Source of the DNA: Burkholderiales bacterium
Lineage (GTDB): Bacteria > Pseudomonadota > Gammaproteobacteria > Burkholderiales > SG8-39
Reading direction: 5' to 3'
Length of the DNA: 64,000 nucleotides
Assembly (NCBI GenBank): GCA_035310985.1
Contig: DATGDH010000037.1
Span: 37,382-101,381, forward strand
Numbering within the stretch: the first letter of the stretch is position 1; each line of letters opens with the position of its first letter. Below the pieces are notes generated by a model, which worked only from the letters and a program-made list of their open reading frames with translations, did no database searches and was not told the origin of the DNA. A program made the position numbers and the translations under genes. Below are positions 59,984-64,000 of the stretch, one piece after another.

Positions 59984-61111
59984 ATGGGCGACCGACTGCT
60001 CGGCGGGCTGGCGCCGGCTGCCTTTCTGCGGCGTCATTGGCAGAAGCGCCCGCTTCTGGTGCGCGGCGCGCTGCCGGGCTTTCGCGGCGCGGCGAGCGCA
60101 GGCGCGCTCGCCGCGCTCGCCGCACGCGCGGACGTCGAGTCGCGCCTGGTCGAGCGGCGCCGCGGGCGCTGGCGGGTCACCGAGGGACCGCTGCCGCGCG
60201 CGCGTCTGCGCGCCCTGCCGCCGCGCGACTGGACCTTGCTGGTGAGCGGGCTGAACCTGCACGTGCCGGCCGCCGAGCGTCTGCTGCGCCGCTTCGGCTT
60301 CCTGCCTTACGCACGCCTGGACGACGTGATGGTGAGCTACGCCGCACCGGGCGGCGGGGTCGGTCCGCATTACGACTCCTACGACGTGTTCCTGCTGCAG
60401 GGGCCCGGACGGCGCCTCTGGCGCCTGGCGCGCCCGCGTTCCTTCGCCGAAGTGCAGGGCGCGCCGCTCAGGCTGATCGAGGGCTTCACGGCCGAGGAGG
60501 AGCTGCTAATCGAGCCGGGCGACCTGCTCTACCTGCCGCCGGGCTGGGGGCACGACGGCGTGGCGCTCGACGAATGCTTCACCTACTCGATCGGCTTTCG
60601 CGCGCCGCGCGGCGCCGAGCTCGGCGCGTCGTTCCTCGACTGGCTGCACGAGCGCGGCCTGCCCGAGCTCGCCTACCGCGACCCCGGCCTGCGTCCGACG
60701 GCTAAGCCTGGACGCATCCCCTCCCCGCTGCTCGAGCATGCGCGGCGGCTGCTCGCCCGCATCCGCTGGTCCGGGCACGACGTCGACGAGTTCCTCGGCA
60801 CCTACCTGAGCACGCCAAAGCCGCAGCTCGTATTCGCCCCGCCGCGGCGAGCGCTCGCGCGCGCGGCCTTCGGCCGGAGCCTCGCGCGCGCCGAGGTCGC
60901 GCTCGACGCCCGCACGCAGCTGCTCTACCACGGCACGGGCTTCTTCGTGAACGGCGAATCGCTGCAGGCGAGCGCGCGCCAGCGCGCCGCGCTCGCTGCG
61001 CTCGCCGACTCGCGCCGCGCCGCCGGCCGGGGCCTTGCCGCGGCAGGACTCGCCGATCTAATCTACGACTGGTACCGGTCGGGCTACCTGCATCTGGAGA
61101 AACGGCATTGA
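59984..61111 (+). CDS. roxA: cupin/JmjC ribosomal protein oxygenase (RoxA/YcfD-like)
   Basis: Start MGDRLLGGLAPAAFLRRHWQKRPLLVRG. The N-terminal motif FLxRHWQKRP matches my recollection of the YcfD N-terminus. Motifs GVGPHYDSYDVFLLQ and LYLPPGWGHDG. Confidence 0.75.
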   Translation: MGDRLLGGLAPAAFLRRHWQKRPLLVRGALPGFRGAASAGALAALAARADVESRLVERRRGRWRVTEGPLPRARLRALPPRDWTLLVSGLNLHVPAAERLLRRFGFLPYARLDDVMVSYAAPGGGVGPHYDSYDVFLLQGPGRRLWRLARPRSFAEVQGAPLRLIEGFTAEEELLIEPGDLLYLPPGWGHDGVALDECFTYSIGFRAPRGAELGASFLDWLHERGLPELAYRDPGLRPTAKPGRIPSPLLEHARRLLARIRWSGHDVDEFLGTYLSTPKPQLVFAPPRRALARAAFGRSLARAEVALDARTQLLYHGTGFFVNGESLQASARQRAALAALADSRRAAGRGLAAAGLADLIYDWYRSGYLHLEKRH

Positions 61112-61602
61112 GCGACGCGCGCGCGCCGCGCTACGAGCGCTTCGACGACGAGGCGGCATTCCAGGCCGCGGTCGACCTGTTGCTCGCGCAGGACGGGCGC
61201 GAGCTGCGCCTGTTCGACCCGGACCTTTCCCGACTGCGCCTCGACTCGGCCGAGCGCATCGGGCGCATCGAGCGCTTCCTGCAAGCGAGCCGCACGCGCC
61301 GCCTGTACGTCGCGCTGCACGACACCGACTTCCTCACCAAGTACTGCGCGCGCATGATGGCGCTCGTCGCGCGCCACTCGCATGCGGTGCAGATCCACCG
61401 CACCCAGGAAGAGGCGCGCAAGGCGCAGGACTCGTTCCTGGTGCTCGACGCGCTGCACTACGTGCGCCGGCCGTCGGCGCAGTTCTTCCGCGGCGCGCTC
61501 GGGCTGAACGACGAGAACGAGGCGTTTGCCATGCGCGGGCGCTTCGGCGAAATATGGACGGCGTCGTTTCCCGCGGTCGCTCCCACCACCCTCGGACTTT
61601 GA
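61108..61602 (+). CDS. hypothetical protein (164 aa)
   Basis: TTG start overlaps the roxA-like stop (TTGA). Good codon bias. No motif recognised. Confidence 0.5.
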   Translation: MSDARAPRYERFDDEAAFQAAVDLLLAQDGRELRLFDPDLSRLRLDSAERIGRIERFLQASRTRRLYVALHDTDFLTKYCARMMALVARHSHAVQIHRTQEEARKAQDSFLVLDALHYVRRPSAQFFRGALGLNDENEAFAMRGRFGEIWTASFPAVAPTTLGL

Positions 61603-61681
61603 GCTAGAATGCGCCCCCGGCCGTCCCGTCGGCCGAGAACCTGACGTAATTGATCCACATTAAAACCCTGAAGGAACGCAC

Positions 61682-61933
61682 ATGAACAAATCGTTGCTCA
61701 TCGCTGCGGCCATGGCCGCCGCATTGGCCGCCTGCAGCAAGGAAGAACCCGCGCCCGCGCCGGCGCCCGCCCCGGCGGCCGCACCCGCGCAACCCGCTCC
61801 GGCGGCGGCTCCCGCCCCGGCGGCCCCGGCCGCACCCGCCGCGGAAGCGCCGAAGGAAGGCGCAGCCCCGGCGGCCGCGCCTGCCGCTCCGGCCGCGCCC
61901 GCGACCGAAGAGAAGAAAGAAGAGAAGAAGTAA
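61682..61933 (+). CDS. small Ala/Pro-rich lipoprotein
   Basis: GAAGGA RBS. Lipobox LAAC in MNKSLLIAAAMAAALAACS. Low-complexity PAPAPAPAPAAAPAQPAPAAAPAPAAP. Lys/Glu tail EEKKEEKK. Confidence 0.65.
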   Translation: MNKSLLIAAAMAAALAACSKEEPAPAPAPAPAAAPAQPAPAAAPAPAAPAAPAAEAPKEGAAPAAAPAAPAAPATEEKKEEKK

Positions 61934-61951
61934 GCGCGGTCCAGACCCGCA

Positions 61952-61985
61952 ACGGCGGCGCGCCTCACCGCCCGCCGCCGTTTTT
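61952..61985 (+). terminator. rho-independent terminator after the lipoprotein gene
   Basis: 9-bp GC stem acggcggcg / cgccgccgt with a 12-nt loop, followed by TTTTT. The T-run abuts the stop of the convergent MBL gene. Confidence 0.7.
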
Positions 61986-62758
61986 CATTCCAGCGCGCGC
62001 CAGCCGAAGCCGTCGTCCTGGGTTGCAAGCCCGACCCAGTGCTCGGCGCAGCCGAGCGCGCGCGCGAGCGCCGCGCGCGCGAGTACCGGCCGGTTATTCT
62101 GCTCGGACAGATGCGCGGCGAGCACGTGTTTCAGGCGCGAACGGTCGAGCACGGCCAGCAGCCGCTCGGACTGCGCGTTGGCGAGGTGCCCGAATGGCCC
62201 GCCGATGCGCTCCTTGAGCCACTTCGGATAGGACCCGCTCCACAGCATCTCGAAGTCGTGGTTGCACTCGAGCACCAGCGCATCGCAGCCCGAGAGCGTC
62301 TCCTCGACGTGGCGCGTCGGGGCTCCGAGGTCGGTGAGCACCCCCAGCCGGCGCGCGCCGTCCGACACCACGTACTGTACCGGCTCGCGCGCGTCATGCG
62401 GCACGGTGAACGGGCGCAGCTCGAGATCGCCGACGGCGAACCGCGTGCGCGCGTCGACGAGGCGCGTCGCGACCCCGGTCGGAGGAACGCCCGACTCCTC
62501 CAGCGCGCGCTGCGTGCCGCGCGTCATGCACAGCTCGAGTCCGTGCCGCGCCGCGAAGGCGAACGCACCTCTTGAGTGGTCGTCGTGCTCGTGGGTAAGG
62601 ACGATGGCGGAAAGATCGCCGGGCGCGAGGCCGAGGCGCGCAAGCCGGCGCTCGGTCTCGCGCGGCGCGAGGCCGCAGTCTACGAGCAGGCGCGAGACGC
62701 CGGCCTCGACGACCAGGCAGTTGCCCTTGCTGCCGCTCGCGAGCGAGGCGAAGCGCAT
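61985..62758 (-). CDS. MBL-fold metallo-hydrolase
   Basis: 257 aa. N-terminus MRFASLASGSKGNCLVV. Metal motif LTHEHDDHSRG. Confidence 0.8.
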   Translation of the reverse strand: MRFASLASGSKGNCLVVEAGVSRLLVDCGLAPRETERRLARLGLAPGDLSAIVLTHEHDDHSRGAFAFAARHGLELCMTRGTQRALEESGVPPTGVATRLVDARTRFAVGDLELRPFTVPHDAREPVQYVVSDGARRLGVLTDLGAPTRHVEETLSGCDALVLECNHDFEMLWSGSYPKWLKERIGGPFGHLANAQSERLLAVLDRSRLKHVLAAHLSEQNNRPVLARAALARALGCAEHWVGLATQDDGFGWRALE

Positions 62759-62774
62759 GCGCGCCGCGCCGCGC

Positions 62775-63887
62775 CTATTTCAGCTGCTCGTGCAGCAAGG
62801 CAAGGATGCGATGCGCGGTGCTGGAGGTGTCGCGCTTGCCGTCCTTGTCGAGCACCTGGACCGTGCTGCTGTCCTTCTGGTCCTCGACCGCGACGCGGTA
62901 CTGCTCGGCCTTGACGTTCGACGAGCTGCCGGAGAACAGCTTCGAGAAGAAGCCTTTCTCGTTGCTCTTCGCCCGCATCTCCGCTTCCGGATCCGCATAG
63001 CGCACGTAATAGACGCCCTTGCTGCGGTCGCGGTCCTCGACCGTGAAGCCGACGCGGTCGAGCGCCAGCCCGACGCGCCGCCAGGCGCGGTCGAAGGGCT
63101 CGTACACGGCGAGCTGCTCGCTCCCGTCCGGGCCCTTCTTGAGCCCGGCGCGGTCGGTACCCGTCTGCACCGCGGCGACCTGCTGCTTGGCGACCTGCTG
63201 GTCGGCACCCAGGCGCACCATCAGGCGACGCAGGAATTCTGCCTCCAGGCCGGGGTCGGGCGGGCGCGGCTGCCAGACGGTGGAGCCGGTCGTGTCGTTG
63301 GAGAGGACTTCCTCCATGCCGCGATGGCTGATGTAGATCTCGGTGCCCTTGCCGTCGGCGGTGCGCTCCATGCGCGTGCGGAACTTGTCGCGCTGCGCGG
63401 TATCGTAGGTCTGCCCGAGATACTTGCTCAGCATGCCGCGGATCCCCATGCCCTGCGGTACGTTGGCGCGCTTTTCGGCCCAGTCGGTCTCCATGATCCC
63501 CGCCTCGGGCATCTCGGTCTTGATCAGGAAGCCGCTCTCCTGCCAGAAGTCCTTCACCGGTCCCCACAGCCTGTCCGGCGTCTCGTTCGAAACCACCAGC
63601 CAGCGCTCGCTTCCGTCGCGCGCCACGTGCATGTCGGCGACGTGCGGCAGCAAGCCGGTGTCGCCCACCTTCGCCTGCTGTACCTGCCCGGCCTGATAGC
63701 CAGACAGCGTGGTCGCCTTCTCGCTCTCCTCGGGCAGCACGTAGCGGTTGTCACCCTTGGGCGTGGTGAGGTCGGGCGGCACCTCGAGCTGCGGTATCGA
63801 GCCCGCGCTTTTGTACTCGGTGTCCGAGGTCGTGCCGCAGCCGGCGACGAACAGCGCCGCGAGCGCGGCGGCGGTCAGGCGACGCAT
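62775..63887 (-). CDS. bamC: outer membrane protein assembly factor BamC (NlpB) lipoprotein
   Basis: Lipobox LFVAGCG. 370 aa. Lies immediately downstream of dapA, sharing 1 nt with its stop (TGATG). This is the classical dapA-bamC arrangement. Confidence 0.8.
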   Translation of the reverse strand: MRRLTAAALAALFVAGCGTTSDTEYKSAGSIPQLEVPPDLTTPKGDNRYVLPEESEKATTLSGYQAGQVQQAKVGDTGLLPHVADMHVARDGSERWLVVSNETPDRLWGPVKDFWQESGFLIKTEMPEAGIMETDWAEKRANVPQGMGIRGMLSKYLGQTYDTAQRDKFRTRMERTADGKGTEIYISHRGMEEVLSNDTTGSTVWQPRPPDPGLEAEFLRRLMVRLGADQQVAKQQVAAVQTGTDRAGLKKGPDGSEQLAVYEPFDRAWRRVGLALDRVGFTVEDRDRSKGVYYVRYADPEAEMRAKSNEKGFFSKLFSGSSSNVKAEQYRVAVEDQKDSSTVQVLDKDGKRDTSSTAHRILALLHEQLK

Positions 63888-64000
63888 CAGGCGCGGCCCT
63901 CCACGACGCGCAGACCGGGCAGCGACACGCCCGCCTCGTGCAGCGCTTCGCGCAGCGCCTGGTGGTGCCTTTCCGACAGCGGCGTCATGGGCAGGCGCAG
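63887..64000 (-). CDS. dapA: 4-hydroxy-tetrahydrodipicolinate synthase DapA, 3' end (partial, runs off window)
   Basis: The reverse strand reads ...LRLPMTPLSERHHQALREALHEAGVSLPGLRVVEGRA*, the typical DapA C-terminus (LRLPxTPL). Sits upstream of bamC. Confidence 0.7.
   Translation of the reverse strand: MRLPMTPLSERHHQALREALHEAGVSLPGLRVVEGRA

Noticed and set aside
61700-61930. Repetitive GC-rich stretch (gcgcccgc.. / ccggcggc.. periodicity) that might look like a tandem repeat or CRISPR-like array
   Set aside because: It is in frame within a lipoprotein gene and simply encodes Ala/Pro low complexity. There are no spacer-repeat units of constant length and no cas genes.

Overview
Very GC-rich, extremely gene-dense chromosomal segment of a proteobacterium. 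The dapA-bamC synteny, ettA, queE/queD and an N-type ATPase operon fit a beta- or gammaproteobacterium. I support about 62 CDS. Intergenic space is minimal: many neighbours share ATGA, GTGA or TGATG start/stop overlaps, and three convergent pairs share a CTAG stop. I saw no rRNA, tRNA, CRISPR array, transposase, integrase or phage genes. The many long Arg/Ala-rich ORFs in the six-frame track are antisense or off-frame artefacts of the GC bias.

Landmarks, left to right:
- LOG-family protein, UspA, EttA, QueE/QueD, an AidB-like acyl-CoA dehydrogenase and PanE.
- A colinear CpxP-like / OmpR-type regulator / kinase module with a perfect GTAAA-N5-GTAAA box.
- RidA and an outer-membrane barrel.
- An ECF sigma / anti-sigma locus with four DsrE-like (COG1416-type) periplasmic modules.
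- A complete N-type F-ATPase operon (atpD-C-Q-B-E-F-A-G), directly preceded by phaC, an SPFH protein and NfeD.
- A 1806-aa tandem UvrA-UvrA fusion overlapping rtcA and a COG2403 P-loop gene.
- Two paralogous iorA/iorB-type molybdoenzyme pairs.
- RhlE-like helicase, PepN, NDH-2, a low-GC islet, rhodanese, ferritin-like-VIT1, SlyD, Bcp, RoxA-like oxygenase, BamC and the 3' end of dapA.

Best candidates for undescribed biology:
1. The ECF sigma / DsrE-domain anti-sigma system, with three secreted DsrE-like paralogues and palindromic back-to-back ECF-type promoters.
2. The covalent UvrA pseudo-dimer translationally coupled to RtcA and a cDPG-synthetase-like NTPase.
3. The nfeD-SPFH-phaC-N-ATPase co-directional block.

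All functional calls rest on motifs recognised by eye. No database search could be run.
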